This document shows positions 1 through 9,800 of a DNA stretch of 64,000 bases, piece after piece. The notes below the pieces were generated by a model. The model was not told the DNA's origin, ran no database searches, and saw nothing but the letters and a program-made list of their open reading frames with translations. The DNA is taken from NCBI GenBank assembly GCA_013360445.1, contig JABWBP010000036.1, positions 322 through 64,321 on the forward strand, in the 5' to 3' direction. The stretch is from Calditrichaceae bacterium (GTDB taxonomy: Bacteria; Calditrichota; Calditrichia; RBG-13-44-9; J075). The position numbers and the translations under genes were made by a program. The first letter of the stretch is position 1; each line of letters begins with the position of its first letter.

Positions 1-162
1 GCAATCTCTGGCGGGACTCATTATATTCTGCCCTCGAAATCGGCAATGTGAAACCGGGCCGGCGGGAAATCCGCCCGGCGCCATACCTTCTGCCACGGAA
101 CCGGCTAAACTTTTGGCGCATTTAACCGATCTAAAATCAGGGGGATCGTACGAGTAACAGAA

Positions 163-2121
163 ATGATGAAAAAACCGACTCACTTTCAGTACAAAACCAT
201 CCAGCGGATAAAATCCCAGGAATTTGAACGTTTTTTTGCCCAGAGCGGGCAAGCCTATGCGCCTTACCTGAACCATTTGGGAGAAATCCGCTGGATGATT
301 CCCGAAGAAGCGGCGGAACAACATGAGTTCTTTCACTTCCAGGAAACAGCTCTTCAACAGTTGAGGAAGAAGCTGCAATCCCGCCGCTATCCGGAGTGGA
401 AAAATCTTTCGCCTTCCGAAAGAGAATTGCGGCTGCAATTCCGCGCTTACCTGGAAAAAACCTACTTAGGGGAGATTCGCCCGGAAACCGCCCGCATGAT
501 CCCGGCCCGCTGGATGAAGGAATTGAGCCGGGAGGAGATCGAAGCGATCCCGGTCACCCTGGAAATCTACCAGTCGATGGGGTGGAATAAACCCCTTTTG
601 CTGGGAGCTTTCGCGGGAATTATTCTCACGGCGGCGCTGCTCTACTATCTTTTCTCCGGCAGGGAGGTGCAAACCGGGAGCATCATCATCGAATCCAACC
701 TCCCCGGCGCCAGCGTTTTTTTGAATAATGACAAAAAGGGGTACGCCGACTTTATGCGCATCATTCCCGGGGTGCCGGCGGGGGCCCACCGCGTCTCCCT
801 CAAAAAGAGCGGCTATATCGCCAAACCGGAATTTTATGACCTGGAAATTGCCGCGGATTCTGCGGTCACGGTTTATTTCCGGTTCGAGCCGCTAAGCGTG
901 CTCAACCAGGGGTATTTGAAAATCACCGCGGATTATGGCGATTCCCGAATCTACATCAATGATGAACCCTATGGCGCGCTCTCCGAAAAACCGCTGCTTC
1001 CCCTGGCGCAAGGCGACTATAACGTGACGGTAGATAAGGCCGGCTTCGAGGCCATTCCGCCGCAGAAATATGTCTCCATCTCCCCCGGCGATACCGCGGT
1101 CATCGCTTTCCAGCAAGTCCCGCTCTCCTCCCGGAGAACCTTCCGGGCGGAAACCCGCCCCGGCGCGCAAACCGGGGCGCTGGAAATTACCGCCAACACC
1201 AGCGGGGGACGCATCTTCCTCAACGACCAGGATACCGGCAAGGAAACCGACTACGTGTTTAGCGAAATTCCCCTGGGGCGCTACGCCATCAAGGTGCAGC
1301 GGGAAGGGTATCAAACCATTCCCCCGGAACACGTTTTAACCCTGACTTCCAGCCAACCCCGGGCGGAAATCGCCTTCGAGCTGGTCAAACGTTTCGAGAA
1401 GGTATCCATTCGCACCAATCCCGCCAAAGGCGATATCCTGATCGACGGGAAGCTGCGCGGCAACGGTTCATTCGAGGGGATGCTGGAGACCGGGGAGCAC
1501 GAGCTGACCTTCGGGAACGTTCCCGGCTACAAAACTCCCCAGAAAAGAACCATCGCGGTGCAGCCGAACCTCCCCCTGAATCTCCAGGTGGATTATTTCC
1601 CCCAGGTGCGGATGGTCGCGGAAATCAGCGATGACGGCAACATGCGCAGCGACAAATGCGAGGTCAAGACCGGCTACACCCTTAGCAACCGCGGGTTTAC
1701 CTCCAGCGAAGAGGCCGGACCGGAGATCGTGTACCTGGAAGCGTTGAAAAGTTATTACTGGAAATTTGGCTTTGCCTTCCCCTTCCGCAACCCCAAGGGA
1801 AACGACGCCCTCAAAGTATCCTTCAACCTGCCCCGGGAATCCGCTTATGGCCAAAAATTCACTCTCAAATTCTACGCCGCGGCTTCCCGCGACCGCTACC
1901 CGCTCTCCCTCAGCAGCAAAGTGGACATCAAGGTGAAATTGAACGGGACTATCCTCAGCTATTACTTCAAACCAAAGTTTTTCGATGAAGTGAACGGCAT
2001 GGAAGAGGTAGAATGGGACATCAGCAGCTACGTGAAGCCCGGCCCCAACTCCCTGGAAATCACCGTCACCGACGATAACAACACCTTCATCCTGGTCAAG
2101 CGAGTGGTGATCGCCAATTAG
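163..2121 (+). CDS. PEGA domain-containing membrane-anchored protein
   Basis: 652 aa. One TM segment (PLLLGAFAGIILTAALLYYLF) is followed by about four PEGA-like repeats (GSIIIESNLPGASVFLN, GYLKITADYGDSRIYIND, GALEITANTSGGRIFLND, VSIRTNPAKGDILIDG). Confidence 0.8.
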   Translation: MMKKPTHFQYKTIQRIKSQEFERFFAQSGQAYAPYLNHLGEIRWMIPEEAAEQHEFFHFQETALQQLRKKLQSRRYPEWKNLSPSERELRLQFRAYLEKTYLGEIRPETARMIPARWMKELSREEIEAIPVTLEIYQSMGWNKPLLLGAFAGIILTAALLYYLFSGREVQTGSIIIESNLPGASVFLNNDKKGYADFMRIIPGVPAGAHRVSLKKSGYIAKPEFYDLEIAADSAVTVYFRFEPLSVLNQGYLKITADYGDSRIYINDEPYGALSEKPLLPLAQGDYNVTVDKAGFEAIPPQKYVSISPGDTAVIAFQQVPLSSRRTFRAETRPGAQTGALEITANTSGGRIFLNDQDTGKETDYVFSEIPLGRYAIKVQREGYQTIPPEHVLTLTSSQPRAEIAFELVKRFEKVSIRTNPAKGDILIDGKLRGNGSFEGMLETGEHELTFGNVPGYKTPQKRTIAVQPNLPLNLQVDYFPQVRMVAEISDDGNMRSDKCEVKTGYTLSNRGFTSSEEAGPEIVYLEALKSYYWKFGFAFPFRNPKGNDALKVSFNLPRESAYGQKFTLKFYAAASRDRYPLSLSSKVDIKVKLNGTILSYYFKPKFFDEVNGMEEVEWDISSYVKPGPNSLEITVTDDNNTFILVKRVVIAN

Positions 2122-2126
2122 TTGAT

Positions 2127-2220
2127 TGCGTAATGCGTAATTCGTGATGCATAACAAAACGGAATACCCTTCGGCAAGCTCAGGGTAAACTCTTTTACGC
2201 ATCACGTTTTACGTTTCACG
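2127..2220. repeat. Inverted pair of degenerate 7-mer arrays (GCGTAAT / TTACGCA) around a REP-like hairpin
   Basis: tgcgtaatgcgtaattcgtgatgcataa ... ttacgcatcacgttttacgtttcacg, flanking taccct-tcggcaagctc-agggta. Confidence 0.55.
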
Positions 2221-2275
2221 CCCCGCTTCACTTCCCTATTTCCTTTTCCCCGATCCGGTATTAAATTGCGCCGTT

Positions 2276-3637
2276 ATGGATTTGTTTTCGCAACAGCCAT
2301 CGAAAGGGGAAACCCCTGCCGGCGCGATTCCTTTAGCGGAGCGCTGCCGCCCCAAAACCCTGGCGGAGTTCATCGGCCATGAAGAGATCGTCGGCCCGGG
2401 AACCGCTTTGTACGAGTCTATCAAGCGCAACCGTTTGAAATCGCTGATCCTGTGGGGGCCGCCGGGAGTGGGTAAAACCACCTTAGCAAGGGTGATTTCC
2501 GCGGAGGTGCAGGCGGAATTCGTATCCCTCAGCGCGGTCACCTCCGGGGTGGCGGAGGTGCGCAAAACCATCGAAAAAGCGGAATACAACCGCAAATACC
2601 TGCACAAATCCACCATTCTGTTCATCGACGAAATCCACCGCTTCAATAAAGCGCAGCAGGACGCCCTGCTGCACGCCGCGGAAGACGGCACTATCATCCT
2701 CATCGGCGCCACCACGGAGAATCCTTCCTTTGAAGTGATCTCCCCGCTGCTGTCGCGCTGCCAGGTGTATAAAATGCAGCCGTTAGGCAACCCGGAGATT
2801 CAGCGCATCGTAGAGCAGGCGCTTAAAAACGACCCCTGGCTGATTGAGAAGCAGGTCAAAATCGAGGATTGGGAGGCGCTTTACATTCTGGCAGACGGCG
2901 ACGCCCGCCGGGCTTTGAATGCCGTGGAAAAGGCGGTGGATTTGCTGGCCGACGCCCCGCCGCCCTTAAAATTGAGCAAAGCGGTTTTTGAGAAAGCGGC
3001 CCTGCAAAAGGTGCTCTATTATGACCGCGCCGGGGATTACCACTACGATTTGATCTCCGCCTTCATCAAAAGCCTGCGGGGCAGCGACCCGGACGCCGCG
3101 ATTTACTGGATGGCGCGGATGTTGGAAGCGGGCGAGGACCCCAAATTCATCGCCCGGCGGATGCTGATATTGGCCGCGGAGGACATCGGCAACGCCGATC
3201 CGCAGGCGCTGACCGTGGCAACCAGCACGTTTAGCGCGGTCTCCTACGTGGGCATGCCGGAGTGCCAGATCATTTTAAGCCAGGCGGCGGCCTACTTAGC
3301 CGCGGCTCCCAAGAGCAACGCCGCCTACCAGGCTATTATGGAGGCGCTGGAAGACGTTAAAAGCGGGCCGGACGTGCAGGTGCCCTTACACCTGCGCAAC
3401 GCCCCCACGGGGCTGATGAAACGGCTGAATTATGGGAAGGATTACCAATACGCCCACGATTACGAAGGCCATTTCGTGCGGGAAAATTATTTGCCGGAAT
3501 CCCTGAAAGGGCGTATTTATTACCGCCCCACGGAGATCGGGGAAGAAAAACACCTCCGGGAACGGCTGCAAAAGCTGTGGGCGGAATTCAAACAGTATGA
3601 AACCGGGAAAACGAAAAAATCAAAAGAGCAAAAATGA
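2276..3637 (+). CDS. rarA: Replication-associated recombination protein A (MgsA/RarA AAA+ ATPase)
   Basis: Motifs PLAERCRP, Walker A GPPGVGKTT, Walker B LFIDEIHRFNKAQQD, GATTENPSF, ISAFIKSLRGSDPDAA and VPLHLRNAPT. Confidence 0.96.
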   Translation: MDLFSQQPSKGETPAGAIPLAERCRPKTLAEFIGHEEIVGPGTALYESIKRNRLKSLILWGPPGVGKTTLARVISAEVQAEFVSLSAVTSGVAEVRKTIEKAEYNRKYLHKSTILFIDEIHRFNKAQQDALLHAAEDGTIILIGATTENPSFEVISPLLSRCQVYKMQPLGNPEIQRIVEQALKNDPWLIEKQVKIEDWEALYILADGDARRALNAVEKAVDLLADAPPPLKLSKAVFEKAALQKVLYYDRAGDYHYDLISAFIKSLRGSDPDAAIYWMARMLEAGEDPKFIARRMLILAAEDIGNADPQALTVATSTFSAVSYVGMPECQIILSQAAAYLAAAPKSNAAYQAIMEALEDVKSGPDVQVPLHLRNAPTGLMKRLNYGKDYQYAHDYEGHFVRENYLPESLKGRIYYRPTEIGEEKHLRERLQKLWAEFKQYETGKTKKSKEQK

Positions 3638-4140
3638 ATAGCCTGCGAGAACGCTTTACCGAATACCTGATGCGCGTGAAAGCCAAAAACGTGGCCCGCC
3701 GCCTCACCCATGCCATAAATTTCCCCATTCAGGCCGCTTCCATCACCAAAGTGCTGGTGATATTGCCGCGCAACCTGGAATTGTTAGACCGCGCCTCCAA
3801 CTTCGTGCAATCGCTGCGGAAAACCTACCCGGACTGGCGGGTGGAGCTGTTCGACGTGGACAAGCTGAGCAAATCGGACCTGAACAGCATGAATTTGCCT
3901 CGCCCGGAGATTCTCAACAAGCTGCGCCGCGCGGAATACCACTTCGTGGTGGATTTGAACGACGATTCCGACGACCTCTCCGGGTACATTTCCTTGATGA
4001 CCGAAGCGCCCTACCGCCTGCAATTAGGGGCGGGCAGCTCGGTGTACTCCAACATCGTGTACCAGCCCCAGGAAGATGTGAACAAAATCTATTACGACTC
4101 CCTGTTGGGGTATTTGCGGAAGCTGTTTGTGCGAAATTGA
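3634..4140 (+). CDS. Hypothetical protein, translationally coupled to rarA
   Basis: 168 aa ORF with an ATGA overlap on the rarA stop and a plausible alpha/beta composition. Confidence 0.7.
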   Translation: MNSLRERFTEYLMRVKAKNVARRLTHAINFPIQAASITKVLVILPRNLELLDRASNFVQSLRKTYPDWRVELFDVDKLSKSDLNSMNLPRPEILNKLRRAEYHFVVDLNDDSDDLSGYISLMTEAPYRLQLGAGSSVYSNIVYQPQEDVNKIYYDSLLGYLRKLFVRN

Positions 4141-4176
4141 AATAACTTCTTAAATAACCTCCCGCATCCCGGCCAT

Positions 4177-4385
4177 GAGGCTGTTGCAGAATCGTCTTTT
4201 AACCACGAATTCCACGAATTATACTTTACACGGCCATAAATGAGACAGGTATTCCTCACTAAAGTGAGGTAATCTTTGATTGCCACGCTTTAGCGTGTGG
4301 AAAATAAACGTGTGCAATCATAGTGTACACCCTCTAGTATATATTCGCGTAGTTCACGGTTAATTTTTGAATCTGCAACAGCCTC
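4177..4385. mobile_element. MITE (IS1182-like ends) inserted in the loop of a stem-loop
   Basis: Perfect 14-bp TIR GAGGCTGTTGCAGA / TCTGCAACAGCCTC. CCAT is duplicated at 4173-4176 and 4386-4389. The flanks 4156-4172 and 4390-4406 form a 17-bp stem with 1 mismatch. Confidence 0.8.
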
Positions 4386-4562
4386 CCATCCGGGATCCGG
4401 GAGGTTGGATACGGTTACGCCGACTTGCCGACCCGCCTTTAAGCTATACCGCACTTCCCGAAAATTTCCCTCCCAATAAAAAAGCATTTGAATCTCACCC
4501 CAAAATTCCGCACATTATTCCGCAAACAGAATCCGTCTAACCCTAAAGTAAGGAGGAACGAC

Positions 4563-7500
4563 ATGCGTTCTACTTTCCGTTACTTTAAGACTCTCCTGGT
4601 CTTTTGGGGGATCATATTTATCACGCTGGTTCCCGCCCAGCAAATCATCAAAACCATTCCCGCGCCCGATTATCCCTATGCTGTGGCGTATGACGGCGCA
4701 AATCTGTGGGTGGGCACTTCTTCCACCAATTCCAACCAGATCTGGAAAATTAATCCCGCCGACGGCGCGGTTTTAGACAGCATTACCGTTCCGTTTGTTC
4801 CTCCCAGCGGTTCTTACTTCGTCAAAGCGCTGGCCTGGGACGGCCAATACCTCTGGGTGTTCATGGATCTGCCTACCGCCAACCACCCGGACAAGTTCTA
4901 CAAGGTGGATCCCGCTACCGGCGCGGTGCTGAAAACCATCAACAGCCCGGAAAACAATTACGTCGGGGGAATGGATTACTTCGACGACCACATCTGGTAC
5001 TCCCAGTATTTCGCCAGCCAGGTAGCCGGGCAGGATAAGATCATCAAGATGGATACCACCGGCGTTACCGTGGATACCCTCGACACCCAGGGCGAGCAGC
5101 CCATGGGAGTGGCCTACGACGGCAACTTCGTCTGGTGCGCGGAAGACACCGGCTTCGGGACCACCCGCCAGGAAGTTTACGCCTATGACCCCGCCACCGG
5201 GGCCTACACCGGCACCTTCGTGCGCAACCCTACCGCCTCTCCCCGCGACATGACCTTCGACGGCACCTATTTCTGGCTGGTGCACTACAACACCACCAAC
5301 AGCCTCCTTTACCAGTTTGGCGTCGAGGGCGGCACCCCGGACATCCAGGTTCCGGTTACCAGCCTGAATTTCGGCCTGACTGAAATCGGGCAGACCAACA
5401 CCCTGCAACTAAACATTTTGAACGTCGGTACTGCCGCGCTCTCGATTAATAACCTGCAATTTACCAATCCGCTGTTTTCCAGCACGGTGACCTCGTTCCC
5501 GGTAAGCATTCCGCCCGGAGGCTCTACCACCATCGGGGTCACCTTTACGCCGCAGAATTACGGCATCTTCACCGGCAATATGAACATCCTCAGCAATGAT
5601 CCGATTACCCCCTCGGTGGCGGTCTCCCTCACCGGCAAAGGCATGTACGGAGACCCCTTCATCTCCTTTAACGGAACCAACCACAACTTCGGCAGCGTGT
5701 GGATTCCCGAAGAAGGATTGGCCAGCTGGCAGCTATTGATCGGCAACCGCGGCTTGCAGAACCTGCAAATCAGCGCTTTCACGTTCAGCGACCCGGCATT
5801 TTACGCCGGCGCAACCCCGCCCATCACCATCGCCCCGGACGATACCGCGGAAGTGACCCTCTGGTTCGCGCCCCAACAGGCGGTTACTTACACCGGAACC
5901 CTGCAAATCGCCAACAACGATCCCCTGCAGCCCACTGCGGTAATCAATTTGCAGGGAACCGGGCTGGGCGGCCCCTTTGATTTGGGCTACGCGTTCTGGA
6001 ACTACCAGATTCCCCCCAATCCCAGCACCACCAACAACGAATATCGGGTGCTGGCCCTGAAATCCATCAACGACATTACCGGAGACGGGGTGCCGGACGT
6101 GATCACCGCTTCCCGGAATTACTGGACCATCGCCCTGAACGGGGCCAGCGCCGGGCTGGCCAGCGAGGTCTGGCGCTTCTCTTCCTACATCGCCAACTAT
6201 AGCGCCGGGGGCATCGGCAATACCAACGATCTTCCGCCGCAGCAAAAAGCCCTCACCATCGCCAACGATCTGAACAACGACGGCTTCCAGGACGTGGTGA
6301 TCGGTACCGGGGGCGGGAACGAGCACGTGTACGCCCTCAGCGGCCTGACCGGGGACATCATCTGGAGCTTCGGCACCGACCACCCGGACAGCTTCGGATT
6401 AGGCGATATGACCTCGGTCTATGTCAATGAAGATTACAACAACGACGGCGTGAACGACGTGGTGGCCACCGGCAGCGGCACCAATGACGGCGCCGGCGGG
6501 CGGCGCACGGTTTACTGCTTCAACGGAACCAACGGGCAAATTCTCTGGCAGTATTTCGTCGGTTCGATGCTGCGCATGGTCGAATCCATCGGCGACGTCA
6601 ACGGCAACGGCAGCACCGACGTGGTGGTGGGAACCGGCAACGGGATCGCCAATACCTACTCCATCGTGGGCATCGATCCGGAAGGCCCCACCGGTCCCAC
6701 CCCGATCTGGACTTACCCGATCGGCAGCGGCGCCGGGGGCGGCAAGGAAGTGCTGCGCTACGACGTTCCCGGACAGACTTCGGACGTGATCGTCGGCTCC
6801 TATTTCGGCAAAGTGTACCGTCTCGATGGGGAAACCGGCCTCCAGGTGTGGCCCTTTGACTTAGGCAGCTCCGGCATCAACATGCTTTCCCTCATCGAAG
6901 ACGTGGACGGCGACGGGCTGGATGATATTTTGGTGTGCAGCTTCAACAGCACCTTTTACTGCATCAGCGGCGCTACCGGGATTCCCATCTGGTTCAAAAC
7001 CGTGGGCAACTTCAGTTGGAGCGCGCAGGCCATCGAGGATATCAACGGCGACGGGCAGCAAGACGTGATCATGGCCTGCCGCAACGATATTCTCTACATT
7101 CTCGACGGCTCCACCGGCGCCAGCATTCTGGATTACCCCATGAACAGCGGGGTATTGCAGGGCGCCACCCTGGCGAACGTGCTGCCGGACATCGACAACA
7201 ACGGCTTCGATGAAATTTTAGGCGCGGCGGATAACGGCAAGGTTCTCGCCCTTTCCCCGGGCAGCGCCTGCGTCAACGGCTTCCTGGGCGACGTGACCGG
7301 AGACGACGCAGTAAACTCCACCGACGGGCTGGTGATGCTCTCCTACGACGTCGGCATCAGCATTCCCCAGAGCTACCTGGACCGCATCAACATCGGTTTT
7401 GGGGACGTGAATGAAGACGATTTGACCAACTCCACGGACGCGCTGGTGCTGCTTAGTTGGGAAGCAGGGCTCCCGGTTCCTTACCCGGTGGGCCAGCCGG

Positions 7501-8276
7501 TATGCCTGCCCGATGGAATGGCGGCTTCCCCGGCGCGTTCGGGCGGCCAGCTCGCTAAATACAGCGGAGAAATCCTCGCTTCCGCCGGCGCGGAAAACCT
7601 GTTCCTGAGCAAGGGCCAGGAGGTGGATATTCCGGTGGCCATTGACATGGCCAACCTGGCCTCCGGCGCCGTCAAATTGGGCAGCTTTACCGCGAAGTTA
7701 GAATGGAATCCCGCGGAGTTAGAATTCTTGGGCTACAGCGGCGGCAGCGCCGGTTTCGAGCAGCCGGTGGTGAACGATACCCGCGCCGGGAGCGGGGAGC
7801 TGCGCTTTGCCAACGCCAATCCCCGCGGCGGGGAAGGCTTGGTGAACGTTCTCAACCTGCGCTATCGAGCGCTGCGCGACGCCCGGGCGGATTTCTCTTT
7901 GAATTTCAGCGCCCTGGCCGCGGCGGAAACGTTCATCGATCTGCTGCCCTACCTGAAGGGTTCCGGCGAGAATCCCCCGCAAACTGCGGAGAACCTGCCG
8001 CAAACCTTCGCGATCGAGAACTATCCCAACCCCTTCAACCCTGCCACCACCATCCGCTACCAGTTGCCGGAGGCGGTGAATGTCAAATTAGTGGTGTATA
8101 ACGTGCTCGGCCAGCAGGTGCGGGTGTTGGTGAACGAGCGCCGGGAAGCGGGCTACCACCAGATCGCCTGGGACGGGCGCAACCAGGCCGGGGCGCAGGT
8201 GGGCAGCGGAATCTACATCTACCGCTTCCAGGCCGACAATTTCACGAAGGTGAATAAGATGATGTTGCTGCGGTAG
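4563..8276 (+). CDS. Large secreted multidomain protein: beta-propeller, 2 choice-of-anchor-D/ASH Ig domains, FG-GAP/PQQ-like propeller, dockerin, cohesin, FlgD-Ig/T9SS-like CTD
   Basis: RBS AGGAGG at 4551-4556 precedes ATG 4563, followed by a signal peptide. It has repeated (A/T)(Y/W/F)DG.(Y/F)(L/V/F)W blades, DxNxDG FG-GAP loops, GDVTGDDAVNSTD...GDVNEDDLTNSTD (dockerin), DIPVAID..LGSFTAKLEWNPAELEF (cohesin) and NYPNPFNPATTIRY. Confidence 0.85.
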   Translation: MRSTFRYFKTLLVFWGIIFITLVPAQQIIKTIPAPDYPYAVAYDGANLWVGTSSTNSNQIWKINPADGAVLDSITVPFVPPSGSYFVKALAWDGQYLWVFMDLPTANHPDKFYKVDPATGAVLKTINSPENNYVGGMDYFDDHIWYSQYFASQVAGQDKIIKMDTTGVTVDTLDTQGEQPMGVAYDGNFVWCAEDTGFGTTRQEVYAYDPATGAYTGTFVRNPTASPRDMTFDGTYFWLVHYNTTNSLLYQFGVEGGTPDIQVPVTSLNFGLTEIGQTNTLQLNILNVGTAALSINNLQFTNPLFSSTVTSFPVSIPPGGSTTIGVTFTPQNYGIFTGNMNILSNDPITPSVAVSLTGKGMYGDPFISFNGTNHNFGSVWIPEEGLASWQLLIGNRGLQNLQISAFTFSDPAFYAGATPPITIAPDDTAEVTLWFAPQQAVTYTGTLQIANNDPLQPTAVINLQGTGLGGPFDLGYAFWNYQIPPNPSTTNNEYRVLALKSINDITGDGVPDVITASRNYWTIALNGASAGLASEVWRFSSYIANYSAGGIGNTNDLPPQQKALTIANDLNNDGFQDVVIGTGGGNEHVYALSGLTGDIIWSFGTDHPDSFGLGDMTSVYVNEDYNNDGVNDVVATGSGTNDGAGGRRTVYCFNGTNGQILWQYFVGSMLRMVESIGDVNGNGSTDVVVGTGNGIANTYSIVGIDPEGPTGPTPIWTYPIGSGAGGGKEVLRYDVPGQTSDVIVGSYFGKVYRLDGETGLQVWPFDLGSSGINMLSLIEDVDGDGLDDILVCSFNSTFYCISGATGIPIWFKTVGNFSWSAQAIEDINGDGQQDVIMACRNDILYILDGSTGASILDYPMNSGVLQGATLANVLPDIDNNGFDEILGAADNGKVLALSPGSACVNGFLGDVTGDDAVNSTDGLVMLSYDVGISIPQSYLDRINIGFGDVNEDDLTNSTDALVLLSWEAGLPVPYPVGQPVCLPDGMAASPARSGGQLAKYSGEILASAGAENLFLSKGQEVDIPVAIDMANLASGAVKLGSFTAKLEWNPAELEFLGYSGGSAGFEQPVVNDTRAGSGELRFANANPRGGEGLVNVLNLRYRALRDARADFSLNFSALAAAETFIDLLPYLKGSGENPPQTAENLPQTFAIENYPNPFNPATTIRYQLPEAVNVKLVVYNVLGQQVRVLVNERREAGYHQIAWDGRNQAGAQVGSGIYIYRFQADNFTKVNKMMLLR

Positions 8277-8354
8277 GAAGGTCTAATTTTTCGATGCGCT
8301 CCGTCCCGTTGGCCGGGGTGGAGCGCATCATCAAGCAGAATCGGTTTATCAGCC

Positions 8355-8780
8355 ATGAAAACCCACGAAGAAATCCTCTCTCGTCTCAACGCCCTGTTTG
8401 CGGAGCATTTTTCCCCGGAAGTGCTGGCGGTGATCCTGTTCGGCTCCGCGGCGCAGCAAAGACTCCATGCGGAGAGCGATATTGACGTCGCGGTGCTGTT
8501 CCGCTTCGAGATTCCCCGGGAACAACGCAAAGAGCTTCTTTATGCAATCTATGAGCAGGTCCCCTATTACTTCATCGAGCCGGTGGACCTGGTCAATTTG
8601 AATGACGCAGATTTGATCTTATGCCATCAAGCGCTCACCCGGGGAAAAATAATCCTCTGCCGGGATGAAACCGCCTTCAAGATGTTTCGGGACGCGCGGA
8701 TGCTTCAATACCTGGATTTTACCCGGTTCCTGGAACCCTTCTATCCGAAAATTTCCAAAAAACTATTGGGAAAAGGATGA
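8355..8780 (+). CDS. mntA: Minimal nucleotidyltransferase (MNT/MntA-type antitoxin)
   Basis: GS-x10-DxD motif (LFGSAAQQRLHAESDID) and VDLVNLN. Overlaps the HEPN gene by ATGA. Confidence 0.88.
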   Translation: MKTHEEILSRLNALFAEHFSPEVLAVILFGSAAQQRLHAESDIDVAVLFRFEIPREQRKELLYAIYEQVPYYFIEPVDLVNLNDADLILCHQALTRGKIILCRDETAFKMFRDARMLQYLDFTRFLEPFYPKISKKLLGKG

Positions 8781-9196
8781 TTGATAAGAACATTATCTAT
8801 CGCAAAGCGGAAGCGGCGCGCAAAAGCCTGGAGCGCCTGCGCTCGAAATCCGGCTTAACGCAGGAACAGTTTCTAAGCGATGAAAGCGCCCAGGACACCG
8901 TGCTCCACCACTTGCAAATCGCTATCCAGGCATGTATTGATATCGGGCAGCATCTCATTTCCGATGAAGGATGGGGTATGCCCGGTACGCTCTCTGAAAT
9001 TGCCTACATTTTAGAAGATCACGGGGTCATTTCTGCGGAACAAACCACGTCTATCGTGGGAATGTTCGGATTTCGAAACATCCTGGTTCACGATTATATT
9101 GAGGTTGATCTGAAAAAAGTATATCAGATTTGGAATTCCAAATTGAACGACATCGAAACCTATTTGCAGGCGGTTTTCACTTGTTTTGGCATTTGA
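8777..9196 (+). CDS. hepT: HEPN/DUF86 ribonuclease toxin (HepT-type)
   Basis: RX4HXY motif FRNILVHDY and LQIAIQACIDIG. Paired with the MNT gene. Confidence 0.9.
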   Translation: MIDKNIIYRKAEAARKSLERLRSKSGLTQEQFLSDESAQDTVLHHLQIAIQACIDIGQHLISDEGWGMPGTLSEIAYILEDHGVISAEQTTSIVGMFGFRNILVHDYIEVDLKKVYQIWNSKLNDIETYLQAVFTCFGI

Positions 9197-9227
9197 AAAT
9201 AATTTTCACCCGCCAGGGAGCGCCATC

Positions 9228-9611
9228 ATGGACATTCGAACGAAACGGGTTTACGCGCCGTTCGATCCGCGGGACGGCCTGCGCGTGCTGGTGGACCGGG
9301 TATGGCCGCGGGGGATGGCGAAAGAGCAGGTTCGGGCGGACGTATGGTTAAAAGATTTGGCGCCCGGAACGGCCTTGCGAAAGTGGTTTGGCCACGACCG
9401 CTCCCGCTGGGAGGAATTCAAAATCCGCTATTTTGCGGAACTGGATGCCCGTTCCGAGGCTGTAACGTCGCTCCTGAACGAAGCGGCGAAAGGGCCGGTG
9501 ACTCTCCTGTTCTCCGCCCGCGACGCCGAGTGCAACCAGGCGGTTGCGCTGAAAGAGTATCTGCTGCGCTACGGGGAGAGATGGGCGCAGCACAAATTGC
9601 ACAAATTATAA
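9228..9611 (+). CDS. DUF488 / YeaO family protein
   Basis: IRTKRVY..DGLRVLVDRVWPRG, WLKDLAPGTALRKWFGHD, VTLLFSARD..NQAVALKEYL. The start was moved to ATG 9228. Confidence 0.9.
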   Translation: MDIRTKRVYAPFDPRDGLRVLVDRVWPRGMAKEQVRADVWLKDLAPGTALRKWFGHDRSRWEEFKIRYFAELDARSEAVTSLLNEAAKGPVTLLFSARDAECNQAVALKEYLLRYGERWAQHKLHKL

Positions 9612-9800
9612 ATTGAATAGCCCCGCGCTTCAGCGCGGGGAAGAGAGAAACCAAACAAAACAGATTGGGGCTTCAGCCCCAAGTGTTACCAAAACGTGGG
9701 GCTAAAGCCCCAGAAGGAGTCATAGGAATTTTGGGTTCCCCCGTGCTGAAGCGCGGGGCTAGTCATCCTGAAATTCGGTTTTTTGTGCAATTTGTGCTGC
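9587..9800. mobile_element. Palindromic miniature element: 19-bp TIR enclosing four REP-like hairpins
   Basis: Perfect IR GCAGCACAAATTGCACAAA (9587-9605) / 9782-9800. Inside are TAGCCCCGCGCTTCAGCGCGGGG with its inverted copy, GGGGCTTCAGCCCC and GGGGCTAAAGCCCC. Confidence 0.75.

Noticed and set aside
4563..8276. Cellulosome scaffoldin
   Set aside because: It has a single cohesin-like module and no recognisable CBM3 or glycoside hydrolase domains.
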